Below, piece by piece: positions 28,780 through 38,239 of a DNA stretch of 64,000 nt. The DNA is from a virus. The position numbers were made by a program, and so were the translations under genes. Below the pieces are notes generated by a model. It did not search any database. It was not told the DNA's origin and was given only the letters and a program-made list of their open reading frames with translations. The stretch covers positions 1 through 64,000 of the IMG/VR virus record IMGVR_UViG_3300022188_000229. The stretch is one strand, 5' to 3'. Position 1 is the stretch's first letter. Every line of letters starts with the position of its first letter.

Positions 28780-29263
28780 TAAAATTGATATAATTGTTAG
28801 CGAAATTGATGGTATTTTAACTGATGGATTCAAACCAATAGATAATATGAATTTGTGCTTATTTAAGAACTACTGTGAGAAAGATTTTGAAGCCATTAAC
28901 GAATTAAAGCGATTCTTTACAGTAGTATTCCTTGCTTCAGACTCAGATGTTAGTTATAATGTGATGAGGACTAGAAATATACCTGCTTATTTTATTACAT
29001 CTAAGGAAACTAAACTAGATATACTCACTAGAAAGATAATGCCTCGTTATAATATGCGTCCTGAAAATTTATTATATATAGGTAATAAACTATCAGATGT
29101 CCCTTGTATGAACTACGCTGAGTATAGCTTTACAATACCGGCTTCAGCCAATAGAGTGGTTTGTGCAGCCAACGGATCAATTGCTGGAGCATCTGGGAAG
29201 GGCATCATGACCAAGTTGTGTGAGGTTTTACTTCCTGAGATAGAAAAAAGAACAAGAAAATAA
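28769..29263 (+). CDS. KdsC-like HAD phosphatase (motif I is EIDG instead of DxDG)
   Basis: 'SEIDGILTDG', 'YIGNKLSD', 'GKG...E'. Confidence 0.7.
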   Translation: MDFSKIDIIVSEIDGILTDGFKPIDNMNLCLFKNYCEKDFEAINELKRFFTVVFLASDSDVSYNVMRTRNIPAYFITSKETKLDILTRKIMPRYNMRPENLLYIGNKLSDVPCMNYAEYSFTIPASANRVVCAANGSIAGASGKGIMTKLCEVLLPEIEKRTRK

Positions 29264-29264
29264 C

Positions 29265-29292
29265 TTGACAAGTTTAGAATATGTATTATATT
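29265..29292 (+). promoter_or_regulatory. sigma70-type promoter
   Basis: TTGACA-N16-TATATT. Confidence 0.8.
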
Positions 29293-29329
29293 ATATGTAA
29301 CTATGACAATTAGAAATTAAGAGGTATTT

Positions 29330-30388
29330 ATGTTAATCAAAAGAGCAACAAGTTATGGGGCTAATGATCTTATTACCACATACCGTCCTTGTACTATAGG
29401 TGAACTTATAGGTCAAGATGTCAATAAAAAAATAATTAAAAATAACTTACTTAAGGGCACAACTCCTCACTCCATGTTGTTTACCGGACCACCAGGTTGT
29501 GGTAAAACAACTGCTGCCAGGATCATAGCCCTGAGATTGAATTGTCTACATCCTTTACATGAACATACTTATATCCCATGTTTAGAGTGTAAGATATGTA
29601 AATCTACATTGGAACAAAATAATCTAGATATAGTAGAAATAAATGTAGGTAAATCAGGAGGCAAGGCTGCTGTCGAAAAGATAACTTCAAGGTTAGCCTA
29701 TTCACCTTTGATGAGCGCCAATAAGATATTAATATTTGATGAGGCACACAAATTAACACCCGCTGCCCAGGATCTATTACTAAAAGAGATCGAGGACGGA
29801 TATGATAATGTATATTTTATTTTCTGTACTAACCAACCTGAGAAATTAGTACCAGCGTTCATTGATAGAAATTTCAGTATGCATTTTGGTACTATAGCTG
29901 ATAAATTACTTACAGAGCTATTAACAAATATCTGTGATTATGAAGGTATAGAATATAAACCAAATATTATAAGGTACATTGTTGAGGCTGCGAAAGGAAC
30001 ACCAAGAAGAGCTATAATGAATTTGAAAGTTATTATAGATGAAGGTAGTTGGTCTCTTGATAACGCTAAAGCAGCATTAATAAGTCAGAGTATCGATGAA
30101 GATAATCCTAATATAATGGAGATAGGTAAGTGTCTAGTCTCTGGTAAGTTCAAAGAAGCACTTAAAGTACTGAAGAAGTTAAAGAATGTGCCTGAGGAGA
30201 CGGTACGTATAGCTACTGCAGGATTTTTTACTAATCGATTAACTTGGTGCAAGTCTTTCGAAGAGGGTGATAAGCTTTCAGCAATTTTAGATTTTATGAC
30301 TGTGCCTATCCTTATGACAGGTAAACCAGCCTATCATAAACTTGTCAATAATTTTTATAAAGCAACTAAGATAATGAAGGGTAAATAA
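29330..30388 (+). CDS. dnaX: DNA polymerase III gamma/tau-like clamp loader
   Basis: 'YRP....LIGQ', 'GPPGCGKTT.ARI', Zn motif 'NC...PCLECKIC', 'DEAHKLT..AQ..LLK..E'. Confidence 0.92.
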   Translation: MLIKRATSYGANDLITTYRPCTIGELIGQDVNKKIIKNNLLKGTTPHSMLFTGPPGCGKTTAARIIALRLNCLHPLHEHTYIPCLECKICKSTLEQNNLDIVEINVGKSGGKAAVEKITSRLAYSPLMSANKILIFDEAHKLTPAAQDLLLKEIEDGYDNVYFIFCTNQPEKLVPAFIDRNFSMHFGTIADKLLTELLTNICDYEGIEYKPNIIRYIVEAAKGTPRRAIMNLKVIIDEGSWSLDNAKAALISQSIDEDNPNIMEIGKCLVSGKFKEALKVLKKLKNVPEETVRIATAGFFTNRLTWCKSFEEGDKLSAILDFMTVPILMTGKPAYHKLVNNFYKATKIMKGK

Positions 30389-32319
30389 TGGGTACTTTTG
30401 AAGTTGAACAGACAGGCCTACCTAAACCTAACTATGAATACATAAACAATGGCGAGGATGTAGGCAGAGCTATTGAAGACATTCTTAAGCATAATATTAT
30501 TGAGGTGGATACAGAGACTACAGGGTTCGATCCATACACTAAAAAGATAGTGTTGGCACAGATAGGGATTCCTGGAAAATCTTATGTGTTCGATGTACGC
30601 CATGACACTGAACGTTCAAGTGTACATTTAGAGCAATTAAAACCGGTACTAGCTAATAAGAATATTTTAAAGCTGTTACAGAATGCAGTTTTCGATATGA
30701 AAATGTTAAAAGTTCATGGTGGTTATTATTTAGAAAATATATATGATACCATGCTGGTGGAGCAATTATTTAACCTCGGAAAGATAGGGAGAGGTGCAAG
30801 ATTATCTGATATTGTACTGAAGTATTTAGGTCTTGTTCTTCCTAAGGAGCCTGCCACTACGTTTCAAGACTATAATCAGGAATTTAAACCATTTCAATTA
30901 GAATATGCCGCAAATGATGTGACTATTCTATCCTTGATACGAGATTTGCAGGCACCTAGAATTATTTCTGAAGGGTTTGAGAATGTATGTAGGTTAGAGT
31001 TTGAGTTCACTAAGCCTATGTGTGAAATGGAATTGAATGGTATTCATTTAGATAAAGATAAATGGCGTGTGATGATGGCAGATATAGAAGTAGAGAGAGG
31101 TTCAGAGCTCACTCTTATTCAGCAGTTACTAACAGCCACTTATGGTAAGAATGTTTTATTTGGTGTACCAGTTGTGAATTTAGACAGCCCCAAGCAATTG
31201 CTTAAGGCATTAAAGAGTTATGGTTTACCTAATTTAGATAGTACTGCTGAAGCTGCTTTGAAAAAATACAAAGATGTTCCTGTTGTTAAATCACTATTAA
31301 AATTTAGAAAGCTGAACAAACTTATGTCTACTTATGGCGAGACTCTTCTTGATAAGCTTCATCCAATCACTGGGAGACTCCACACACGTTTCCGCCAGAT
31401 GGTAAGCACCGGTAGGATGAGTTCTTCTGCCCCTAATTTGCAGAATATACCTAAGAAGCAAAAGTATAGAAGCTGCTTTGTAGCAAAACCGGGGTATGGA
31501 CTAGTCACTGCTGATATGTCAGGAGCCGAGTTAAGAATTCTTGGTAATATATCAAATGATGCAGTGTTCATTGAGTGTTACGCTAATGGGATAGATATAC
31601 ATACTAGAACTGCCTCAGAAGTATTTGATACTCCTATGGATAGAGTTAAAGGTGCCATGAGGAACTCTGCTAAAGCTATTAACTTTGGACTGTGTTATGG
31701 TCTATCTAAATACGGATTGGCAGACAGACTTAAGATCACTGAGAAAGAAGCAGATAGAATGATTAATACTTATTTTGAACGTTATAGTGGAGTAAAAACA
31801 TATTTAGATTCCGCTGCGAGAAGTGCAATTAAAAATGGTTACTCAACTACTGTAAGTGGACGTAAAAGATTCTATAATGTGCCTCCTTATGGACACCCTG
31901 ATCGTAAAAAAATACAACGTTCGGTGGAAAGGGCAGCTAAGAATGCTGGTATTCAAGGTGCCAATGCTGATACAATTAAAGAGTCTATGATTTTGGTCGT
32001 AGATAGATTAGAAAAGAGTGGTTTAGACGCTAAACTTTTACTTACTGTACATGATGAAGTTGTAGTAGAAGTGAGGAATGACCAAATTGAGGAGGCTTCT
32101 GCAATCGTTTCCCAGTCCCTTATTGATGGCTTTGCTACTTATTTTAGTAAGATTCCTATGGAGACCGATGCGTTATCAGGTCCTTGTTGGTTAAAGGGAT
32201 CTTGTGAAGAGGAAGATGAAGATGGAAAAGAATGTGGATGCGCAAAAATGATGTTTGCACCAGATGAAAAATTTGGAACTAAGTTAGTGTGTTCCAGTTG
32301 TGGAGCACCACAAGATTAA
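30388..32319 (+). CDS. polA: DNA polymerase family A (3'-5' exonuclease + polymerase, no 5'-3' exonuclease)
   Basis: 'DTETTG', 'YAANDV', 'TGRMSS..PNLQNIP', 'DMSGAELR', 'AKAINFG..YG', 'VHDE'. Confidence 0.97.
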   Translation: MGTFEVEQTGLPKPNYEYINNGEDVGRAIEDILKHNIIEVDTETTGFDPYTKKIVLAQIGIPGKSYVFDVRHDTERSSVHLEQLKPVLANKNILKLLQNAVFDMKMLKVHGGYYLENIYDTMLVEQLFNLGKIGRGARLSDIVLKYLGLVLPKEPATTFQDYNQEFKPFQLEYAANDVTILSLIRDLQAPRIISEGFENVCRLEFEFTKPMCEMELNGIHLDKDKWRVMMADIEVERGSELTLIQQLLTATYGKNVLFGVPVVNLDSPKQLLKALKSYGLPNLDSTAEAALKKYKDVPVVKSLLKFRKLNKLMSTYGETLLDKLHPITGRLHTRFRQMVSTGRMSSSAPNLQNIPKKQKYRSCFVAKPGYGLVTADMSGAELRILGNISNDAVFIECYANGIDIHTRTASEVFDTPMDRVKGAMRNSAKAINFGLCYGLSKYGLADRLKITEKEADRMINTYFERYSGVKTYLDSAARSAIKNGYSTTVSGRKRFYNVPPYGHPDRKKIQRSVERAAKNAGIQGANADTIKESMILVVDRLEKSGLDAKLLLTVHDEVVVEVRNDQIEEASAIVSQSLIDGFATYFSKIPMETDALSGPCWLKGSCEEEDEDGKECGCAKMMFAPDEKFGTKLVCSSCGAPQD

Positions 32320-32339
32320 AAATAAAAAGGAGAACGACT

Positions 32340-32789
32340 ATGAACGTAACAATTAAATACACAAAATTAAATGAGACCGCAGTACTACCTGAATATGCAC
32401 ACGACACTGATGCATGTTTTGATATCTTTGCACTGGAGGGTGGGGTACTTAAGCCTCACAGACATGTACTAGTTAAGACTGGCTTGGCTTACGCTTTACC
32501 GATTGACTATGAGATGCAGGTTAGACCTAGAAGTGGTAATGCAAATAAGAAAATGGTCACTGTATTGAATACCCCAGGTACCATTGATCAGGACTATAGA
32601 GGGGACCTTGGTGTAATTCTTATCAACCACAGTAACAATCCGTTTGTATGGGAAGCAGGTCAAGCCATAGCACAGGGTGCAGTTAAGCCTGTGTACCGTG
32701 CCAATTTTGTTGAAGTAGATAACCTAGATGAAACTGTACGAGGTGAAGGTGGATTTGGTTCTACTGATGCTCCCAAAGAAAATAATTAA
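32340..32789 (+). CDS. dut: dUTPase (trimeric)
   Basis: 'RPRSG', 'GTIDQDYRG', 'RGEGGFGST'. Confidence 0.97.
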   Translation: MNVTIKYTKLNETAVLPEYAHDTDACFDIFALEGGVLKPHRHVLVKTGLAYALPIDYEMQVRPRSGNANKKMVTVLNTPGTIDQDYRGDLGVILINHSNNPFVWEAGQAIAQGAVKPVYRANFVEVDNLDETVRGEGGFGSTDAPKENN

Positions 32790-32804
32790 GGAGGCAATTA
32801 AAAT

Positions 32805-35800
32805 ATGCTATTTATAGATAGTTTTCAAGAAAAAATTTGGAAGGATAAGTATCAGTACGGAGATGAGACTTATGAAGATTTCTGTCACCGTATAGCGTAT
32901 ACTATCTTTGCCAAAGATGAACACAAAGCTAAACAATTAAAAGAGTCTATTGAGGGCTTTAGGACTTTATTTGGTGGAAGAATTAATTCTAATATAGGTA
33001 TACCAGAGCAAGGACTAACTCTCTTCAATTGTTTTATTGAGGCAACAGTCAAAGACCCTGATTCATTAGAAGGTATCATGGATATGGTAACCAAGTATGC
33101 TCTCACATTAAAGACTGAGGGTGGAGTAGGTTTCTGTGCTAACTTTTTAAGACCGGCAAATACTTTGATTAGGAAGATAGGTGTTACTACCCCTGGGGCA
33201 ATCAAGTTCCTAGAGATATTTGATAAGGTATCAGAAGTTATTACTTCAGGCAGTGTATCTAAGAAAGATAGTATACAGGGCGTTCCAACTAAGAAAAGCA
33301 TCCGTAAGGGTGCTACCATGGTAACTATGAGCGCCAACCACCCAGATATAGAGGATTTTATTACAGCTAAATCTATACCTAATAAGCTTACCAAGATGAA
33401 TATGTCTGTACTAATTTCAGATGCATTTATGTATGCTGTAGACAATGAGTTAGATTGGAATTTGTGGTTTCCAGACATAAGCCATGATAAGTATGACAAA
33501 GAATGGGATGGGGATTTTGAAAAATGGGCAGGGAAAGGTTACCCTTGTGTGACATATAAAACTGTAAAAGCTAATTATCTTTGGGAATTATTACTTAAGT
33601 CTAGTTATTGTGTCCCAGGTACGTTAGAATTACCTGCCTATCATAATAATAACCCAACAGATATAAGTATAACACACCTACACAAGATGGTGCAGAATGG
33701 TGAGGATATTCAGGTTCTTTCTATTAATAAGGATACTTTAAAATTAGAAAAGAAAAGAGTTACTAATTCGGTTTGTACAGGAGAAAATGAACTATTAAAT
33801 ATCACTACTAGTTCTAATTTACAATATAAATGTACCGGTGAGCATAAATTGTTTGGTATGTCTACGGGAGCCCCTTTATATGAAACTATGGCTAAAGACT
33901 TTGTTGTAGATGATTACATAGCTACTGTAAATAAAACTACGGTTGAAGACGAGAACTTCTGTGTTGATGATGATTGGGAAGTATTTACTGGCATGATTTT
34001 AGGAGACGGCAGTGTAAGACATGGGCAAATAAGAATTGCAGTACACATAGACCAGGTTGAGGAGGTGCTACCGTTAGCAAATAGAATAGCTGAAAGATAT
34101 AATAGAGAAGTAAAATTATATTATGATAAAAGATCAAATAATTGGGCAGAGCTTAGTATACATTCTACCAAGTTGAGCACTGATTTAGAAGCCTTTATGT
34201 ATCAATCTAAATTTGAAGGACAAAGTACTTCTATTAAAGAAATACCTAATTACTTATTTACTACTATTAATTTAAGAAGTGTTAGAAATTTTCTATCAGG
34301 ATTCTTTAGTGCAGACGGCTGTATTAACGGGCAGAAGACTACTTATTATTCTAAACACGATCATATAGCTATTGGTATACAGAGATTACTTCTTAGAGTT
34401 GGAGTTATTAGTAGAAAATATAAAGTTAACCATAAGGAACTTAAAGTGTTTGGATTTCGTGTAGACATGGATATGAACAACTCTGTTAAGTTACTAAAAG
34501 AAATACCTAAATTTTTGATAGAATCTAAGGTTAATAGAGACTTCTATGAGACCGTTAACGAATATAAAGCTCCTATAGGGATTATGGCTTATGATGAAAT
34601 AAAATCTTTTTCTAATAAAGCAAAATTACATAGAGAAAATAGAAGAACTGGTAAACAAAATTTTCCAGAAAAATACCAACACTTATTTGATTCAAATGTG
34701 GTACATGAGTCTATAGTTGATATATCTTCTGGAGGTACTGTAAAAACATATGATATAACAGTTGAAGATAATGAAAATTTTATTTGTGTGGATGGAGGAT
34801 TATATCATAATTGCCGCAACGAACCTGGAATTCTTTTTATAGACACTATTCGTAGTATGGACAATATTAAGTATCTTACTAGTTCCATACAGGCTAGTAA
34901 CCCATGCGGGGAAGTGATGGGAAACACTGGTATAGTAGAGCACAAAGGTCAACTCTTTGAGCTTGGTGATGTTTGTAACTTAGGTTCTTTGGTTCTACCT
35001 TATTACTATGATATGAGTACCGAGAAGTTTAATTTTGAGGAATTCAAAAAAGATATAACTATTATGGTAGAGGCTCTGGATAATGTTATAGAGATATCAG
35101 ACTACCCATTGGATATGTATGAGCAGGCTGCTAAGATGAAACGTAAAATCGGTCTTGGAGTAGCAGGTATCGGATCTCTTTTTATGATGATGGGTGTAAA
35201 GTACGGTAGCGACGAGAGTATTAAAATTACAGAAGAAATTTTGTCTATTTTAGCTAACACATCTTACCAAGCTTCTGCTCTTTTAGCTAAAGAAAAAGGT
35301 CCTTTCCCACTATACGACGAAAAACTATTGGAGGACGGTTATGTAAAGAATGGAGGTGTTCTGACTGAAGATACTTTAGCAATTGTTAAGAAGCATGGGC
35401 TTAGACACTCAGCTACAATGGCTATTGCACCTAACGGTACCTTATCTATTCTAGCAGGTAATGTCTCTGGAGGTCTGGAACCTGTATTTTCACCTGAGTT
35501 CACTAGATGGAATAGGATAGAAGGTAAGAAATTAGGCTTTACTTATCCCAAGATCCATAAAGGTGAATGGTTTGAGACAGATTATTTTAAGGAAGAACTA
35601 ATAGCTGATGAACCTATTTTGGTTTCTACAGATGGTAAGTATAGAATTGATAATAATCAAGGTCTTTGTAAAGAAGTAACTATTAGGGACTATGGGTATA
35701 ACCAAGCATTAGAGTATGGTAAGATAGAATTTACTACTGCCATGGGTCTTTCAGTACAGGAGCACTTCAATATCTTGAGTGTGTTCGCTAAATATATTGA

Positions 35801-36545
35801 TTTGAGTTGTAGCAAAACTGTAAATCTACCAGCAGATATTACCTTTGAAGATTTTAAGGCGCTGTATGGTAAGATTCATAGCCAGGGTATTAAAGGCTGC
35901 ACTACTTATAGAGCAGGGACTTCTATAGCTGTTCTAGAGGTAAAGAAGGAAGAGAAGGATAGAACTATCAAAGCTCAACAGAAAGAGTTTTTAGAGGCGT
36001 TTAGAGGCCACGAGAATGGAGACATTATGCGTGATGTAGTTAAGCTACCAGAAGAGTACCCAAGTATGGGATATGTAATTAGAGCAGAGAAGAAAAAATG
36101 GTATTTACATGTGGCTTTTAAGAATGAAGCTAAGACTAAACCTTTTGCTATTTTTGTAAGCACTAATGATCAGTCCCCTACTCTTATTACTAACAATGCA
36201 ATTGAGGCTCTAGAGAAATTAGCTAGAAAGCATAGACTCGGCGGTAGGCGTTTAGAAGAAGTTGGTAAGAAGTATGCACGACAACCTAATTCTGTTAAGG
36301 TAGCCCGTATGCTGGGTTACCTGTTAAGGCATAATGTGCCTATGCTAGATATAGTTAAGGCATTAGATAATGTCGAGGATGCTCATGTTGGAACTTTTGT
36401 TTTTAGAATCAAGAAATTTCTTATGCAGTTCATCACTGAGCCTGTAGATTTAGGTATCACTTGCAATGAATGTGGAGGAGTAGACGTAATTCTTCAAGAA
36501 GGGTGCACATTGTGCCGCTCCTGCGGTTCAAGTAAATGTTCTTAA
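32805..36545 (+). CDS. nrdJ: class II (adenosylcobalamin-dependent) ribonucleotide reductase, intein-containing
   Basis: 'TLFNC', 'EGGVG', 'NPCGE', 'CNLGS', 'RKIGLG', 'IAPNGTLS', 'KG.T.YR', C-terminal 'CNEC...EGCTLCRSCGSSKC'; no small subunit adjacent. Confidence 0.92.
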   Translation: MLFIDSFQEKIWKDKYQYGDETYEDFCHRIAYTIFAKDEHKAKQLKESIEGFRTLFGGRINSNIGIPEQGLTLFNCFIEATVKDPDSLEGIMDMVTKYALTLKTEGGVGFCANFLRPANTLIRKIGVTTPGAIKFLEIFDKVSEVITSGSVSKKDSIQGVPTKKSIRKGATMVTMSANHPDIEDFITAKSIPNKLTKMNMSVLISDAFMYAVDNELDWNLWFPDISHDKYDKEWDGDFEKWAGKGYPCVTYKTVKANYLWELLLKSSYCVPGTLELPAYHNNNPTDISITHLHKMVQNGEDIQVLSINKDTLKLEKKRVTNSVCTGENELLNITTSSNLQYKCTGEHKLFGMSTGAPLYETMAKDFVVDDYIATVNKTTVEDENFCVDDDWEVFTGMILGDGSVRHGQIRIAVHIDQVEEVLPLANRIAERYNREVKLYYDKRSNNWAELSIHSTKLSTDLEAFMYQSKFEGQSTSIKEIPNYLFTTINLRSVRNFLSGFFSADGCINGQKTTYYSKHDHIAIGIQRLLLRVGVISRKYKVNHKELKVFGFRVDMDMNNSVKLLKEIPKFLIESKVNRDFYETVNEYKAPIGIMAYDEIKSFSNKAKLHRENRRTGKQNFPEKYQHLFDSNVVHESIVDISSGGTVKTYDITVEDNENFICVDGGLYHNCRNEPGILFIDTIRSMDNIKYLTSSIQASNPCGEVMGNTGIVEHKGQLFELGDVCNLGSLVLPYYYDMSTEKFNFEEFKKDITIMVEALDNVIEISDYPLDMYEQAAKMKRKIGLGVAGIGSLFMMMGVKYGSDESIKITEEILSILANTSYQASALLAKEKGPFPLYDEKLLEDGYVKNGGVLTEDTLAIVKKHGLRHSATMAIAPNGTLSILAGNVSGGLEPVFSPEFTRWNRIEGKKLGFTYPKIHKGEWFETDYFKEELIADEPILVSTDGKYRIDNNQGLCKEVTIRDYGYNQALEYGKIEFTTAMGLSVQEHFNILSVFAKYIDLSCSKTVNLPADITFEDFKALYGKIHSQGIKGCTTYRAGTSIAVLEVKKEEKDRTIKAQQKEFLEAFRGHENGDIMRDVVKLPEEYPSMGYVIRAEKKKWYLHVAFKNEAKTKPFAIFVSTNDQSPTLITNNAIEALEKLARKHRLGGRRLEEVGKKYARQPNSVKVARMLGYLLRHNVPMLDIVKALDNVEDAHVGTFVFRIKKFLMQFITEPVDLGITCNECGGVDVILQEGCTLCRSCGSSKCS
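33609..34811 (+). mobile_element. intein (401 aa) with LAGLIDADG homing endonuclease in nrdJ
   Basis: Starts 'CVPGT'; block B 'CTGEH'; 'GMILGDG' and 'FLSGFFSADG'; ends 'YDITVEDNENF...YHN' followed by +1 Cys. Confidence 0.93.
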
Positions 36546-36549
36546 TTAC

Positions 36550-36577
36550 TTGACAAATTAAAATTAATGATTACTAT
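36550..36577 (+). promoter_or_regulatory. sigma70-type promoter followed by a 5' hairpin (36586-36609)
   Basis: TTGACA-N16-TACTAT; GTGGGGGAC/GTCCTCCAC stem. Confidence 0.7.
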
Positions 36578-36626
36578 ATAGATATGTGGGGGACAATCTA
36601 GTCCTCCACTATCATAAGGGATTACC

Positions 36627-36914
36627 ATGAAAATACCACGAATTAATTGTATACACTTTGACTGGGGGGCTTGCGGTAAGTGCAATAAACTACCTAAGTT
36701 TCTGAAGTACTTTAGAAGAAGTTGTTCGGAGATATACAGTGTTACCCCATCAGCCTGTAAATTCCATGAAAAATATTCTCGGTTTGATATAAATAACCCA
36801 CCTATGCCCCCTCCATGTAGAGTGTATAAGTGTTATGGTCCTAATATGGTGAGGACTAAAGAAAGTATTCAGGATAGTTATGAATGGGACTGCAAATTAA
36901 ATAAAAAGGATTAA
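36627..36914 (+). CDS. Cys-rich hypothetical protein
   Basis: 95 aa behind a promoter, with RBS. Confidence 0.5.
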   Translation: MKIPRINCIHFDWGACGKCNKLPKFLKYFRRSCSEIYSVTPSACKFHEKYSRFDINNPPMPPPCRVYKCYGPNMVRTKESIQDSYEWDCKLNKKD

Positions 36915-36917
36915 CCT

Positions 36918-37520
36918 ATGAATTTTGGATTTGATTTAGATGAAGTTATAGCAAAGACAGCGCACATGGCTGTAGGGCATTTGAATGCCGTGTGTAATTG
37001 TAATTATGGAATAGAAATATTTAAAAGTTTTCAGTTTAATGAGAATATATTTTCAGAGGATAAAGAAGAACAACAACTAGTTGTTGACACTCTTGTATGG
37101 GCAGTATTTGATAAGAAAATGATGGCTAGTGTGAAGCCCTACGAGGATGCTGTTAGAGTCATAAATGATTTGAAACGTCAGGGACACAAGATATTCATTA
37201 TAACAAAGAGACCTAAAGAACTTACTGGTATGACTAGTAGATGGCTACATAGTCACAAGGTTGGCTTTGATAAGCTAGTTTTGACTGGTTTAGAAAGTAA
37301 AGGTAGCTTCGCTAAGCGCTTGCAATTAGATTGTTTTGTTGACGATCTAGAAGAAAATCTATATGATATGTATATCGCCAAGAGGCGATGGAATAAAGGC
37401 TTGATTCTAATGACTAGACCTTGGAATGAGACCGATGTTATAGATGGAAGTAAGTTCTCTAGAGCTGATAATTGGCTGGACATTAGAAAATTACTGTCTA
37501 TCGGTAATAGATTAAAATAA
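36918..37520 (+). CDS. HAD 5'(3')-deoxyribonucleotidase-like protein
   Basis: 'FDLDEVI', 'ITKR', 'FVDD', 'RPWN'. Confidence 0.85.
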   Translation: MNFGFDLDEVIAKTAHMAVGHLNAVCNCNYGIEIFKSFQFNENIFSEDKEEQQLVVDTLVWAVFDKKMMASVKPYEDAVRVINDLKRQGHKIFIITKRPKELTGMTSRWLHSHKVGFDKLVLTGLESKGSFAKRLQLDCFVDDLEENLYDMYIAKRRWNKGLILMTRPWNETDVIDGSKFSRADNWLDIRKLLSIGNRLK

Positions 37521-37524
37521 ATAC

Positions 37525-37552
37525 TTGACAAATTAAAAATAGGTATTATATT
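37525..37552 (+). promoter_or_regulatory. sigma70-type promoter
   Basis: TTGACA-N16-TATATT. Confidence 0.8.
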
Positions 37553-37559
37553 ATATACT

Positions 37560-37712
37560 ATGAAAATTAAAAAAATAAAGAAAGATGCAGTTTCGTATGT
37601 TCCACCACCTAAAAAACACAAAGGACTTACTTGTAAAGAGTGTGGGGTAAGTTCTTACTACATAAAAGATAAGTGTTGGTTGTGTGGTACACCCTTTAAA
37701 AAGGAAACATGA
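37560..37712 (+). CDS. small zinc-ribbon protein (50 aa, probably leaderless; not in the ORF track)
   Basis: MKIKKIKKDAVSYVPPPKKHKGLTCKECGVSSYYIKDKCWLCGTPFKKET; ATG 7 nt after the -10 box. Confidence 0.6.
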   Translation: MKIKKIKKDAVSYVPPPKKHKGLTCKECGVSSYYIKDKCWLCGTPFKKET

Positions 37713-37713
37713 T

Positions 37714-37959
37714 ATGAAAATTAAGTATTGCTTAATAGGCCTGTTAGTAATTATGGGTTGCGGTGGAGATGCTAACCAAGGTATGGAAGCGGTTCAGAAA
37801 AAGTATCCAAATGAAGCAGTTATTAATATACCTGAGAGTACAAATCAATATATAGTGTTAATGAAGGATGGAAGAACGATCAGATATATAACAACAAGCG
37901 TCGGTACACACGTAAATACTATACGTACAGACATAGAATTATATAAAAAAGGAAGGTAA
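37714..37959 (+). CDS. putative lipoprotein
   Basis: 'MKIKYCLIGLLVIMGC' signal peptide with lipobox-like Cys. Confidence 0.6.
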   Translation: MKIKYCLIGLLVIMGCGGDANQGMEAVQKKYPNEAVINIPESTNQYIVLMKDGRTIRYITTSVGTHVNTIRTDIELYKKGR

Positions 37960-37961
37960 AA

Positions 37962-38237
37962 ATGAGAATCAAATGTAACATGTGTGTAAATGAATCAGGC
38001 AGAAAATGTGTAGTAAGAAAAACAACGGTTAATACTACTAAGTCTCGCAAATGTAATGACTATGAGTTTGAAGAGTCACGGGAGATCGCAAGACTAGAAC
38101 GCAAAGCAAGGGTAATGGATCAACAAGAAGCTAAAGCGAAAGCAGTACATGCAGCTATGGTTCATGCTCAAGAAGCCGCTGATGCCCACCCATCAACTGG
38201 CGATTTAAGTAGATTTAAATCTAGTGCTACTAAGTAA
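37962..38237 (+). CDS. hypothetical protein
   Basis: 91 aa, N-terminal Cys cluster. Confidence 0.55.
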   Translation: MRIKCNMCVNESGRKCVVRKTTVNTTKSRKCNDYEFEESREIARLERKARVMDQQEAKAKAVHAAMVHAQEAADAHPSTGDLSRFKSSATK

Positions 38238-38239
38238 TT

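Noticed and set aside
32885-33499. 204-aa minus-strand ORF and other antisense ORFs (e.g. 5524-5832, 16286-16720, 37253-37621, 51011-51418, 62123-62707)
   Set aside because: They lie antisense to well-supported genes and show no recognisable motifs; treated as shadow ORFs.
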